A stretch of DNA of 64,000 nt from a virus (IMGVR_UViG_3300021255_003284:44454-108453); one strand, 5' to 3'; counted from the stretch's first letter, positions 49,597 through 59,361 are shown. Made by a program: numbers and translations. The notes: generated from the letters alone by a model not told the origin.

Positions 49597-49794
49597 TCAC
49601 CGCCCGCCAGCAAAATGCACGTCGCCAGTCCGCAGCTCTTTCAGATACTGCATGGCACGACGGTCTTCTTCGCAATAGTACCGGTGCCGCTTCGATTTTT
49701 GCCTCATCGTCCTGACGATCGTCACGTTCGGGAACCGCTCCAGGATGGCCTCTTTTTCCGCTTTGTTGATCACTACCATTTGTTGACAGATCAT
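49597..49794 (-). CDS. Small hypothetical protein
   Basis: INKAEKEAI...KSKRHRYYCEE; AAGGA RBS. Confidence 0.6.
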   Translation of the reverse strand: MICQQMVVINKAEKEAILERFPNVTIVRTMRQKSKRHRYYCEEDRRAMQYLKELRTGDVHFAGGR

Positions 49795-49916
49795 TCCTTT
49801 TATATATTATTGACAGACTTATACGCGCGCCCACAGCGGCTGTATGCGCTGGTTGTGTGAATTTTGAAAAATTGCGCGTATTTATCTATCATTATATGTA
49901 TCTCATCAAATTGGCC

Positions 49917-49941
49917 GAAACGCCCGTGTGGTGGGCGTTTC
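49917..49941. promoter_or_regulatory. 25-bp palindrome, copy 2 (GAAACGCCCGT-GTG-GTGGGCGTTTC)
   Basis: Intergenic 11-3-11 inverted repeat. Confidence 0.6.
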
Positions 49942-49965
49942 AGCGATTTTGATTTTCCAACAAAT

Positions 49966-50739
49966 TCAGAAGGCCGCGGCAAGCTGATTTCTCAAACGCA
50001 TGACGGAGTTTATGTTCTGACGCATTGCGATCTCCTGCGCGCATGTCTTGCAATACTTTTTCTTCCGGCCCTTGATCGGGTCATTGAGCTTTGTCGTCAC
50101 GCCGCAGCTCTCACACGTAAAATACGGCTCGCCGCGATACATGAGGTATTGATAACCAAGGTTCCTGTAATCGGATACGCCGACCGCCTCTTGACCGTCC
50201 TCGATAAAGCATACCCGGACATTGGTGTTGTCGACCTTCTTTGAGAACTGGATGAGGCCAAGCTCTCTTAGCGTGTGATACATCGCGCTCTGCCGCCTGA
50301 TTGACGTATTGATGTTCGCCATCCGCATGATGTCGCTGTCTTTGCTGTTGACCCAGTGATCGCCGTTCGGGTTGACAAGGTCCCAATATTTCGCGAGGCA
50401 GAGCAGCGTGAACGCAAGGCGCTGCAGCTGTCGGCCCGGAAGCGCGTTGATCCGTTCGATCTCATTCGTCGACACGCTGACGCGGTCGATCTCTATCGAG
50501 GAATATTTTGCCGCCCTGTCGACAGCGTAATCGATCGTTTCGGCCCACTTCGGAAGTGAAGCCGTCTGGTCGCACTGCAGCACGAATGTTTCTATTAGAT
50601 CGCGCGTTTTCTGCTTTGAGTAACCCTGATTGAGGTAATATTTGGCCACGCGGCACAGCGTTTCGTACGGCCTCTTGCCGAGCGAGCGCGCTTCGATCAT
50701 TTCTTTTGCCCATACCTGTTCATTCAATACAATCGTCAT
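49966..50739 (-). CDS. Hypothetical protein downstream of the RNAP, with C-terminal Zn finger
   Basis: IVLNE, RLAFTLLCLAK, CESCG...KYCKTC; GAGGTGG RBS before ATG 50739. Confidence 0.75.
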   Translation of the reverse strand: MTIVLNEQVWAKEMIEARSLGKRPYETLCRVAKYYLNQGYSKQKTRDLIETFVLQCDQTASLPKWAETIDYAVDRAAKYSSIEIDRVSVSTNEIERINALPGRQLQRLAFTLLCLAKYWDLVNPNGDHWVNSKDSDIMRMANINTSIRRQSAMYHTLRELGLIQFSKKVDNTNVRVCFIEDGQEAVGVSDYRNLGYQYLMYRGEPYFTCESCGVTTKLNDPIKGRKKKYCKTCAQEIAMRQNINSVMRLRNQLAAAF

Positions 50740-51970
50740 TATCCACCTCGATGATCCTTGAGTCGATGCTGAATCTGTTGCCGCCGTACTCGATATCGCC
50801 GTCATCATCAAGAACGGGGAACGAGATCACGTTTCCATTTTGTTTCAGGAGATTTCTGATAATGTCTGTCCCGCACATACTCCACGCGAAGCGCCTCGTC
50901 GCGTTCTTCGCGTAACATATGTCGAGGACAATATTGCACAGTGCATCCCTGTCAGGACAGATCGAGACGCACTCGCGCTGAAAGTCGTCGTTGATAATTG
51001 TCATGACTTTGAGCGCCTCGCACTCGTCGACTCGCTCCCTGTCAGAAAACATTGCGTAGCTCTTTAAGCGCTTGTTGTATTCATCGTACAGCTTCTTGAT
51101 CGCGTTGAACTGCTTTTGCGAGTATACCGCGTCACTGCGCATAATACGATAGTCGAATGGCATGTCCGTACTCGTCTTGCCGATGTACCCGTCAAACTCA
51201 CTCTCAAAACGCGCGCATATCCTGTTCATGACACACGCGTTCGTGCCGACCGGCATCTTGTGCTCGTAATATCTGAGGAAATCCTTCTGGGCATCGGTAA
51301 GCTCGCCATATGGAGTTTCTTTCATCTCGTCCACGGTCATGTCGAACTCGCGGAGCGCGTTGCGCGTGGTGTTTTTGACATAGGTGTTGTATTTCTTCAT
51401 GAGGTCTGGATAAATGTACCTCATGAAGTACGGCTTGCGGTCCGCGACGATGCTGCGATAGAACGCTTTGGTATCCTCGTCTTCAATCAGGTTGACGCTG
51501 TGCCGGTCGTGCCATGTGCGCGGCTCCGGCTTGGCGACAATACCTTTCGCTTTATCGATGGCATTCTGCTGGTAGAGCTGACTGCACTGAATCCTGTAAG
51601 TCAGCGCTTCGTACTCTTTTGACCCTTCCGCAAACCCAGCGCGCACTTCATACATGCTCGTCGCCCAATTCGTGATTTGCCCTATGTCATTGCCGAAACT
51701 CTCGATGTTCGATATAATGAAATCTTCGTCCGACGGTATCTTCTTTGCCGCCCTGCGCTGAACGCACATGAGGGCGGGAAGAGGCTGGACGTGTGATACG
51801 ATCACATCGTTGTCGGTCAGCATCACCAGATCTCCGTCGTAGTCACATCCATTCAATGCGGCCGTCGCCGTATCCCATCCGTTCATGACCGTAGCGGTTG
51901 GCATAAACCGATACCAGTATCTTGCGTCAGAACGGCGGACCGGCTTGACAAGACGGATGTTGTTGATACA
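50720..51970 (-). CDS. yonO: YonO-like single-subunit RNA polymerase, exon 2
   Basis: Begins CINNIR; catalytic NGCDYDGD; IGQITN, QQNAIDKAKG, KPYFMRYIY. Confidence 0.9.
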   Translation of the reverse strand, partial: CINNIRLVKPVRRSDARYWYRFMPTATVMNGWDTATAALNGCDYDGDLVMLTDNDVIVSHVQPLPALMCVQRRAAKKIPSDEDFIISNIESFGNDIGQITNWATSMYEVRAGFAEGSKEYEALTYRIQCSQLYQQNAIDKAKGIVAKPEPRTWHDRHSVNLIEDEDTKAFYRSIVADRKPYFMRYIYPDLMKKYNTYVKNTTRNALREFDMTVDEMKETPYGELTDAQKDFLRYYEHKMPVGTNACVMNRICARFESEFDGYIGKTSTDMPFDYRIMRSDAVYSQKQFNAIKKLYDEYNKRLKSYAMFSDRERVDECEALKVMTIINDDFQRECVSICPDRDALCNIVLDICYAKNATRRFAWSMCGTDIIRNLLKQNGNVISFPVLDDDGDIEYGGNRFSIDSRIIEVDNDDCIE

Positions 51971-53004
51971 CTTTGTGTTTCGATATATTACCCGATCGAT
52001 TATTGCCTGTTGAGTGCGTCGTCGGCGCTCCACCCGTATTTATTTACGCGAGACTTTATGGTGCCATACGGGATACCGGTCTCTCTGGACCATTCAGCTA
52101 TGGTTTGTGACCTGCCATCATGAAACAGAAGATGGTTTCGCGATGTATTATTGTTTTGCACAATGTGATCAACCCATCGGCAGTTATCTGGACAGTAATC
52201 TCCGTTCCCATCGATCCTGTCGAGTGTCAAACCCTCTCGGTATCCGTTACTGAGCGCCCACTGTATGAATACTGAAGCGTCGTGCCAGTCTGAACAAACC
52301 TTAATCCCGCGTCCGCCATATAAAGGATAAGATCTGTTGGAAATACTCTCACAACGATCCTTCATTGAATTCCATACGCCATATAGTTTACTATCAGACA
52401 TCCCGTGACGAGTCCTTCGCGCAGACGAACATTCATTTCGGTAACACCCGCAAGACTTTGTGTTACCATTGCGAAGGGATGAAAGTCTAACCGCTTTGTG
52501 GTTGCCACAATCACAAACACACTCGTACATCACTTCATGTTTGCCGGATGGTAAAACCCTATCCGCCGTCCTGTAAAGTACGGTCAGTCTTCCGAAGCGC
52601 ATATTGTCGAGAGTCAATAAGCATCACCTCCTTCCTATAACTAATAATAGCGAATGATCGGGTAATAACGGGCGCTACCCCGTATCGCGGCCTATGCCGC
52701 TCATGCTTTCGCATGAGAACAGACTATATCTTCATCCAATTCTGGATGCCCACCACTTCGACGGCGCTTGCCGTCTACTCCATAAGGATAGTCGTTGAAC
52801 CTTGCCGTATTCTGGCCTTGGCTGCTGATCGTCCATTGTTTAACACGTAGGCATTGACCTTATGTCATCCGTTATTTTCTTTCTGCTTTCGCGACCATCG
52901 CGCCTGTGCATTTCATCACTACGCTGTGGTAATAACGGCTTTAGGATATTCCAGCAATTCAGTGGGTTATGCGCGCATATTCCTATGCGCGAGACCTGAA
53001 GTCA
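51971..53004 (-). ncRNA. Group I intron (IA2-like), 1034 nt, carrying a homing endonuclease
   Basis: P1 GACU|UG-ACUU-CA-GGUC with U.G at the splice site; P 52949-52959, Q 52817-52829, R 52789-52799, S 52722-52732; P7.1/P7.2; P9 with GAAA loop; terminal G 51971; splicing restores FRAPMT-CINNIR. Confidence 0.93.
52000..52617 (-). CDS. Intron-encoded HNH-family homing endonuclease
   Basis: GRLTVL, CVCDCG, SCGC, YGGRGIKVC, TLDRIDGNGDYCPDNCRW; AAGGAGGTG RBS and TTG start. Confidence 0.85.
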   Translation of the reverse strand: MTLDNMRFGRLTVLYRTADRVLPSGKHEVMYECVCDCGNHKAVRLSSLRNGNTKSCGCYRNECSSARRTRHGMSDSKLYGVWNSMKDRCESISNRSYPLYGGRGIKVCSDWHDASVFIQWALSNGYREGLTLDRIDGNGDYCPDNCRWVDHIVQNNNTSRNHLLFHDGRSQTIAEWSRETGIPYGTIKSRVNKYGWSADDALNRQ

Positions 53005-54501
53005 AGTCATTGGAGCCCTGAAGCACGCCAGCGTCTCAGCTTCTGTGTCGGCCCAGTACCCATTATAGATCTCACCAGCCCTCAGAAGTCCCGTCTTCTC
53101 AAGACCGAACACGCTCTGCATCAGCAGGTATGGATCCCCGGATACGATGGAATAATTGCCGTGAACCTTGAGCACGCCGATCTTTGCCTCGTTGATCCTG
53201 TTGCGGATCATCTGGTATATCGTCCTCTGGATATACGGATCGTTGAGCATTCGCCTGTCGATCATGATCGCCTTGATGAAATCATCCGACCCGTCCATAA
53301 CGTTGTCCGCGCTGACGCCGTTGCCGCGAAGGAACAGGACCGTCCTCCTCCAGTCACTCTTGAGGACATCACGGATCTCGTCCATCGTCGGCTTTATCAG
53401 GGTGTCGATATCGTCGTCCTCGAGTGGCAAGCACTGAATGAACTGATAATTCGTCGTCCTGACGTTTTCAAGTTCCTCTGGACATGTCTTGGCAGCGCTA
53501 AACGTATAGCCGTGCGCGAGCGACTGCTCGATGTAATCGGCGCAGCTCGTATAGCTGTCCCACAGCTTGACCATCGATGTTGTGAGGATCAGCTCGACGT
53601 TTCGCACGTCGACATCGTCACCCCATGCATCCTTCACAATGTACTTGCCCGCAACGTTTTCGGCAAAATCAAGGAAGTCGAACGCAAAGATCATGCCTTT
53701 TGTCCAGGCCGCCCGGCAGTTCAAACCGCCGACGGTATAATCGAGACCGAGTTCCGCACTCCATCGCTCTGCCAACGACGGCAGCATGACGCCAAATCCG
53801 TCAGACGCATCGATTTTGATTCGTTGATCGTTTCGGCGCTCCATGATCGGCTCGCCGTCATTCTCGTCTGTCAGGTAGATGATGTCAGACGTGAACTCCG
53901 TCTCAGCGTCGTTGACGATCAGAACGCCATGCGGCAGCGAGAGCGGCGTTGACGCGCTGCACGTCAACGCCTTGTACGCCTCAAGCTTCGCCACGACAAG
54001 CTCTTTGTTCCTGTCGCGACCGTTCTCTATCCTGTCGGATAGCTCGCCATAAAGCCGCTCGCTCACAAATACGATCGTCGAATTTTTGATACCCCCGTTT
54101 GTGCCGAGAAGCCGTTTGTATTTGACACCGTTTATTTTGAAACCCCGGCACGCTCTGATATAGTCCTTTTCCTTATCGATTATAAGACACATATAATCCG
54201 GCTTGAATTGGAGATTATCAAGCTCGCTGTATAACCGTCTTATCTCATATTTGCTCTGCGCCGTTATAGGTTCCTCTCGGATCGTCCGTATCTGCCGCTT
54301 GATTTCCCGGGCTTTGGCATCGGCGTCCGTCACCCCGTTCAGCTCATCGATCCAGCGCAGGATCTGGCTGTCAGCGATGGATATGATCTCGTCATTGCGG
54401 CGCGCCTCGTCGAGAGGAAGTGTGAGCTTCCACTTCTCCTTGCGGAGCCGAGACGAGTGGATTTTGAGGATGAATTTCTGACATACTAACTGTTTGCTGA
54501 T
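53005..54501 (-). CDS. yonO: YonO-like RNA polymerase, exon 1 (probable ATC start at 54501)
   Basis: KLEAYKAL..S, SDGFG, RAAWTKG, SMVKLW, NYQFIQ, SGDPY, FRAP; frame is open to 54507 behind an AGGGGTG RBS. Confidence 0.88.
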
Positions 54502-54556
54502 TACGTTTCACCCCTGTCGAAAGACATTGGATTTAGCGTGACTGAACAAAAAAATA

Positions 54557-54763
54557 TCAGTCCCACCCTTTAATATACTGGAACCACTCTTTACAAAATT
54601 CCTTTCTTCCGCGCTCGATCACGCCTTTAACCAATACGTCCTCGCCAGCGTCGTCGATCGGCGTGAAGTCCTCGCAAAGGTGACAAATCGGACATTGATC
54701 TGCAAAGAAGCACCGCGCGCTCGGTCTTCTTCCAGGACGTCCTTTTGTCGGCTGTTCACTCAC
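54557..54763 (-). CDS. Small Cys-containing hypothetical protein
   Basis: CFFADQC..CEDFTP; GTG start overlaps the upstream stop; GGAGGTG RBS. Confidence 0.6.
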   Translation of the reverse strand: MSEQPTKGRPGRRPSARCFFADQCPICHLCEDFTPIDDAGEDVLVKGVIERGRKEFCKEWFQYIKGWD

Positions 54764-55200
54764 TCATAGTCACCTCCAGTACGACCGATTGGCCTCGCAG
54801 CGCCACTCGGCGGCTTTTTATTCCAGCATACCCAATCGACTCCATACGTCCACCCGGCGTCACAGCTGTGTGACACCAACGCTCGCAGGTTGTTGACGCC
54901 GCGATATGAAGCGCCGTATGGCGTCTCTGTCCACAATGGTGCCCTGACAAACCCCTCTGCCTGCGCGTCGCTGTGATCGGAGCAACCGGTATATTCAACC
55001 AACTCGTCAAACGACATTTCTCGCGGGTCGTCTCCTTTGATCAAGCTCAGAGCGTCTGATATCAGTATGTACTGTTTGCATAGCCCAAGCGGCTTGTCTA
55101 AATATGGACAGCTTTGGCATAAATCATCAGAACTGCCAGGTCTCTGCACCTTGGCACAAATCTCAAGCCATCGAATAACTGTGTCGCGGTTCAAGCTCAA
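54760..55200 (-). CDS. Hypothetical mosaic protein
   Basis: VIRWLEIC, CQSCPY, DALSLIK, PREM, WVCWNKKP. Confidence 0.7.
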   Translation of the reverse strand: MSLNRDTVIRWLEICAKVQRPGSSDDLCQSCPYLDKPLGLCKQYILISDALSLIKGDDPREMSFDELVEYTGCSDHSDAQAEGFVRAPLWTETPYGASYRGVNNLRALVSHSCDAGWTYGVDWVCWNKKPPSGAARPIGRTGGDYE

Positions 55201-55811
55201 CGTGCGGTCACTTCCTCATCGCCGCCAAAGCCTTCATCCCATCGCCATTCGTTCTTGTCTTTGTTTGAAGGACGGGCTGTCCAGAGTCTGTGGCCGTAGA
55301 TACGCCTGTTGTAGCCAGAATGGTGCCACGGGGTCTGCATCGCCATGAATCCGCCAGAGCCCACGGTGGTAACCGTGCAGGCCTGAACCCTTGTGTCAGA
55401 CCCGGTAGAAAAAGACTCTTCGATAAAACAATCGAGCGGCAGCGAAGCGGCTTTCAACTCGTTCAGCTGAATCGGCCTGGCGCGGTGGGCGCGATAGCTG
55501 TCGTCCGAGCCTGTCATTTTTGCGCCGCAATGGTGGCAGTACAAATTGCTCTGCGGAGACATCGTCATACCGACGTGACATTCGGAACAGCTGTACACCG
55601 AGTCAACCTCAAAAGCGATCTGCCACCTGCCATACCGGACCGGCCTGGCGTCGACAGTCTCGGACAGATCGATAGTGCCGCGCATATCATCAATGATCGC
55701 CGTGCACAATCGGTTTAATTTCTCATCGCCGTTGTTTTTGAGAGATTCATCCGCATAAAGAAAGTAACCGTCGATTGCGGACTTTAAGGCATCCGCATCG
55801 ATTAACCTCAT
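55197..55811 (-). CDS. Hypothetical mosaic Zn-ribbon protein
   Basis: MRLIDADAL, VDARPVRYGRW, YCHHCGAKM, RLWTARP. Confidence 0.75.
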   Translation of the reverse strand: MRLIDADALKSAIDGYFLYADESLKNNGDEKLNRLCTAIIDDMRGTIDLSETVDARPVRYGRWQIAFEVDSVYSCSECHVGMTMSPQSNLYCHHCGAKMTGSDDSYRAHRARPIQLNELKAASLPLDCFIEESFSTGSDTRVQACTVTTVGSGGFMAMQTPWHHSGYNRRIYGHRLWTARPSNKDKNEWRWDEGFGGDEEVTAR

Positions 55812-55812
55812 T

Positions 55813-56124
55813 TCAATCACCATCCATTCTTGCCCCGCAGTTCGGGCAGTATGACATTTCTTCTTCGCGCGTCCAACTATTCCGAATACCTTTCATGTGC
55901 CACTGGCACTCTGAGCATTCATAATGCCCATGATATTCTGGCGGCAACATACCAGTCATCTTTACCCACCGCCCATGCCGCACCGGCTCGGCGTCCACGG
56001 TTGGGGCTTGCTCAACAATCTCACGCGCCGTCTCTATCCCGTTCAGGAAGTCTGGGTCACCGTGTTCACGGTCGCTAAAGATTCCAAGCGCTTTTAACAC
56101 GTTATCCGCGTCAATCAGCTTCAT
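55813..56124 (-). CDS. Hypothetical mosaic Zn-ribbon protein
   Basis: MKLIDAD, PTVDAEPVRHGRW, YCPNCGARMD; GGAGG RBS. Confidence 0.75.
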   Translation of the reverse strand: MKLIDADNVLKALGIFSDREHGDPDFLNGIETAREIVEQAPTVDAEPVRHGRWVKMTGMLPPEYHGHYECSECQWHMKGIRNSWTREEEMSYCPNCGARMDGD

Positions 56125-56374
56125 TGTCATCCTCCTTCGGCGGTTCGGGTAGCGGCATCCAGTGAGTGATGATCGCATGGTGTGTGCTTGCTATCTGCCA
56201 TGCGCATTCCGCTTCAAGCCTGTCTATATAAGCAAACCCCTGTTTTTCCCAAACGAGCACAGGAACATTCTTATCCGGCAGTTCGTCCTCAACTCTTATC
56301 CACCGATTCCGGCTTGTGTTAAGTGCTTGCGAAATCCCTTGCAATAGCATCATGGCAGCATCTTTAGATTCCAT
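56111..56374 (-). CDS. DUF551-like protein
   Basis: WIRVEDELP...ITHWMPLPEPP. Confidence 0.75.
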   Translation of the reverse strand: MESKDAAMMLLQGISQALNTSRNRWIRVEDELPDKNVPVLVWEKQGFAYIDRLEAECAWQIASTHHAIITHWMPLPEPPKEDDNEAD

Positions 56375-56378
56375 GCGT

Positions 56379-56606
56379 TCACACTCCCCTCGGTGGTTCA
56401 GGCATCGGCATCCAGTGAGTGACAGGCCAAATCGGGAGCTTGCTATTCCATTTCCATCGCCGCTTTTCTTTGCCATGAAGCATCGCGATCTCAAAATCCA
56501 TCGCCATCACCTTGTATGGCACGTGCTCGAAGCACCTTTCGGTCATCACAATGTAAGAACCCTCTTTCTCAGGAAGTCTGTCGTCAACGCTGATCCAATC
56601 AGCCAT
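56379..56606 (-). CDS. DUF551-like protein
   Basis: WISVDDRLP...VTHWMPMPEPP. Confidence 0.8.
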   Translation of the reverse strand: MADWISVDDRLPEKEGSYIVMTERCFEHVPYKVMAMDFEIAMLHGKEKRRWKWNSKLPIWPVTHWMPMPEPPRGV

Positions 56607-56907
56607 TCCATTTCACCGCCATTCCACAATGTCCGCAATAGTTCCGTGATTCATCATCATGTATTCGCATGGCGCACCACGGACAGTCAGCGAATTTCAC
56701 ATCTGACACACCGACGTTACCGATTGCTTTAACTATTTTCGGTTCCTGCTGCGCTTTCAACATTTTAGTTACTTCCATACGTGATATATATTTATCACAA
56801 TCGTCGGAACACGGACAATCACCTAATCCTTTTGCAAGTATGCAACAATCAATGGATGCGCCCATTTGGTGCTCACAGTGATACCAATAACAATCATATC
56901 TAATCAT
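56599..56907 (-). CDS. Cys-rich hypothetical protein
   Basis: LKAQQEPK, CPWC...NYCGHCG.AVKW. Confidence 0.7.
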   Translation of the reverse strand: MIRYDCYWYHCEHQMGASIDCCILAKGLGDCPCSDDCDKYISRMEVTKMLKAQQEPKIVKAIGNVGVSDVKFADCPWCAMRIHDDESRNYCGHCGMAVKWNG

Positions 56908-56927
56908 TACCGCTCCCCCATTCTACT

Positions 56928-57113
56928 TTATTCTTTACTGATATGTACCGTCCCATTTAGCTCTATGTGCATCTCATGTAACGGACACCAGCGTGGCCTC
57001 ATAATATCATCAAACGTAGTATTTCCGTTTACGGCGCATGTCATGTTATCCGTATTCAGTTGACAATCTAAACACCGTTTGGGCATCTCCATTTCTATAG
57101 CAAGTTCAGCCAT
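56928..57113 (-). CDS. Small Cys-rich hypothetical protein
   Basis: MEMPKRCLDC...RPRWCPL. Confidence 0.7.
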   Translation of the reverse strand: MAELAIEMEMPKRCLDCQLNTDNMTCAVNGNTTFDDIMRPRWCPLHEMHIELNGTVHISKE

Positions 57114-57528
57114 TGTTCTTCACTTCGCACTTCGGCATCTCGCGTCCGCTCTCACTCGGCGGCTCTTGCGCCGCCACGCCCCAACCGTTCGGGTCGCCGT
57201 CACCATCCATCTTCGCGCCACAGTCCGGGCAATATTTCGGGATGTATTCTTCGTTATGTACTTGCCAACCATGACAAACCGAACACTCTCTTAGGCTTCC
57301 GTCTGCCTTACATATATCAAGCCACCGTCCATGCCGCACCGGCACAGCATCCACGATGTTTACACCCTCCACAGCGTTGATAGAGTCACACACACCGCCC
57401 AGCCAATCCTCGCTGTTTGCCGGGTTCTGGCAAAGGCTCTTGATGTACTCAGCGTCTTGGAATGCCGCTAAGCTCACGATCGCGTCAATCGTCGCCGCCC
57501 TCGAAATCAGGTCATCACTTTTATTCAT
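57106..57528 (-). CDS. Hypothetical mosaic Zn-ribbon protein
   Basis: DLISRAA, VDAVPVRHGRW, YCPDCGAKMD. Confidence 0.75.
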   Translation of the reverse strand: MNKSDDLISRAATIDAIVSLAAFQDAEYIKSLCQNPANSEDWLGGVCDSINAVEGVNIVDAVPVRHGRWLDICKADGSLRECSVCHGWQVHNEEYIPKYCPDCGAKMDGDGDPNGWGVAAQEPPSESGREMPKCEVKNNG

Positions 57529-57937
57529 CTATCACAAATCCTCCATCTCCACAATTCATACACGGGCAATACGGATACTTAATATAATTAGGATTAGGTA
57601 TTATACACTCCTTCTCATCACCTACCAACTCGTCATATTGGGCTTTTAATCTTTCAATCTCTTCTTGCTTCATCTTAATAATCTCATCATTCCGTTTCTG
57701 CAAGGCAGCGTCCCACATTTTTATATTGTCCCGTACACCCTTCATTACTTCATCTGGGATGCTTTTCAGATCGAATTCTTGACTACAAAGCCGCTCCACT
57801 GGGATGGCGTCCACGGTCGGCTGATTGCTAACCGCATAAAACACTCTGCCAAGAAGTGCCGCCTGAGCGTCACTCCGAGCCAATCTATCGAGCGTTGAAA
57901 GTCTCACGTTCAGCGCATCTGCATCAATCAGCCGCAT
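57521..57937 (-). CDS. Hypothetical mosaic protein
   Basis: MRLIDADAL, PTVDAIPV. Confidence 0.7.
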   Translation of the reverse strand: MRLIDADALNVRLSTLDRLARSDAQAALLGRVFYAVSNQPTVDAIPVERLCSQEFDLKSIPDEVMKGVRDNIKMWDAALQKRNDEIIKMKQEEIERLKAQYDELVGDEKECIIPNPNYIKYPYCPCMNCGDGGFVIDE

Positions 57938-58215
57938 CCCAATTTACCCTCTTTCCACACTTCCTACAAAACTTATCTCCTTCTGTTATAACCGCCTTAC
58001 ATGCGCCACAACACGAAAACCACAAGTGAAATAATTGAATTTTTCGAACTGGAGTAGATTCGCGTTGTACAAACTCAACACATTGACCATCAAAAAAAGC
58101 CTTTTTCATATCCTTTTTGATATGAATTATTTATTTCTGAAATCACATCTTCTAATTGATTTTCGGTGAGTTTTGGCTCTTCATCTTCAAACCAATGCCT
58201 TTCAGTCAATCCCAT
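57924..58215 (-). pseudogene. Zn-ribbon gene frameshifted in a T7 tract (or a homopolymer read error)
   Basis: ATG 58215 with GAGG RBS reads ...KGYEKGFF-stop; removing one T (A7 at 58092-58098) joins it to DGQC...FCRKCGKRVNW. Confidence 0.6.
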
Positions 58216-58237
58216 TTTTATTACCTCATTTTGCCGT

Positions 58238-58558
58238 TCATTTCTTTACATAAGGTTTTCCAAATACGTATTTATACGCTTCCCACAATTTGCTAAACGC
58301 TCTATGTAAGCACGTTATGAGAAATATCAAAACATAACCAGGTAAAAGTAATAATGACATTGCAACAATAATTATAGTTAATCCAGCAGAATTAAGCTTG
58401 TCTTCGTTGTTTTCATAGAACACCATCGCGTACCAAAATGCTGTCTTAAAAGACAATTCATTATCATCGCATGACGCAAACATCATTTGTAAAAATCCGC
58501 CTATAAAACCACCGATTAAAATCCAAAGGGCTAAAATCATCACTGGTAAACTATTCAC
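58238..58558 (-). CDS. AT-rich membrane protein
   Basis: Two hydrophobic segments; overlaps the upstream gene end. Confidence 0.65.
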   Translation of the reverse strand: MNSLPVMILALWILIGGFIGGFLQMMFASCDDNELSFKTAFWYAMVFYENNEDKLNSAGLTIIIVAMSLLLLPGYVLIFLITCLHRAFSKLWEAYKYVFGKPYVKK

Positions 58559-58841
58559 CCCACTTCACCACCTTTCCACAGCAATACTTATTCCATTTGT
58601 CAATCCCTGTGCCACACGCGCCGCATTTATTCTCCGTCACTTTTACGTCATTGTCATATACGGATGGCGTTTCCCAATGCGTATCTATTATCGGCTCCAC
58701 CGACTCCTGCGCTTTCAGTGCATCCTCGATTGCATCCAACGCATCCTCAATCATTTTTACCGTAGTAGAATCAAAACCCGCACGTTCACAGGCAATAATA
58801 ACATTTGCGTTCAATATCAAAATCGCTTCTTTGACCGTCAT
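58551..58841 (-). CDS. Hypothetical mosaic protein
   Basis: MTVKEAI, ALKAQE, CGACG...KYCCGKVVKW. Confidence 0.65.
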   Translation of the reverse strand: MTVKEAILILNANVIIACERAGFDSTTVKMIEDALDAIEDALKAQESVEPIIDTHWETPSVYDNDVKVTENKCGACGTGIDKWNKYCCGKVVKWGE

Positions 58842-58870
58842 TCCCACGCCACCGCCTTTCTCTGCTCGTT

Positions 58871-59050
58871 TCATCTTCTCGATCTAAGATGATTTGTTAG
58901 CTCTTTAATCGCATCCGCTACATTATGGGTACTGCCGTGGCAGTCCTTGCACATTAAAATGAGCCATAATGCTACATTGATAAGCATCAGTACGCTCCTT
59001 ATGTATGCCAACGATTCCGCTATGCTTGACAAAGCGTCAATTTCATTCAT
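58871..59050 (-). CDS. Small membrane protein
   Basis: ATG overlaps the upstream TGA; one hydrophobic segment. Confidence 0.55.
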   Translation of the reverse strand: MNEIDALSSIAESLAYIRSVLMLINVALWLILMCKDCHGSTHNVADAIKELTNHLRSRR

Positions 59051-59361
59051 TGCCACGCCACCGCCTCTCTCTGTTCGTCGGTCGGTCTGGCCGTCCAGCA
59101 CCGCCATTGGACCCCATATTTGTAGAGTTTGCTATCGTTCATGTTACCTTTGACGATATACGGATAGACTTTTCTTGTACTGCGATCTTCCGCCCAAACC
59201 ACTTCAACATTACGCGCTTCTTCCAGCGTCATCACCCTCGGCTCGTCTGGTCGGATGGTCGGTTCTTCTTCGATCAAATCCCTGATATAGCCCGGGCTAA
59301 AATACTCATAGCCTGGGACGGCAAACTTATACTTCAGCGCGTCTTCGTCGATCAGCCGCAT
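59047..59361 (-). CDS. Hypothetical mosaic protein
   Basis: MRLIDEDAL, PRVMTLEE, WRCWTARPT. Confidence 0.75.
   Translation of the reverse strand: MRLIDEDALKYKFAVPGYEYFSPGYIRDLIEEEPTIRPDEPRVMTLEEARNVEVVWAEDRSTRKVYPYIVKGNMNDSKLYKYGVQWRCWTARPTDEQREAVAWQ

Noticed and set aside
49800-49916. Sigma-A or YonO late promoter
   Set aside because: A minus-strand TATAAT is present but there is no credible -35, and I cannot define a YonO promoter consensus from this sequence
51971-52033. N-terminus MERRRRTQQ... of ORF 50720..52033 as a separate gene start
   Set aside because: Lies within the intron 3' end; coding resumes at 51970 after the terminal G
53002-53004. RNAP as a pseudogene or a naturally two-subunit enzyme
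   Set aside because: The TGA is the first intron triplet, and predicted splicing restores the frame
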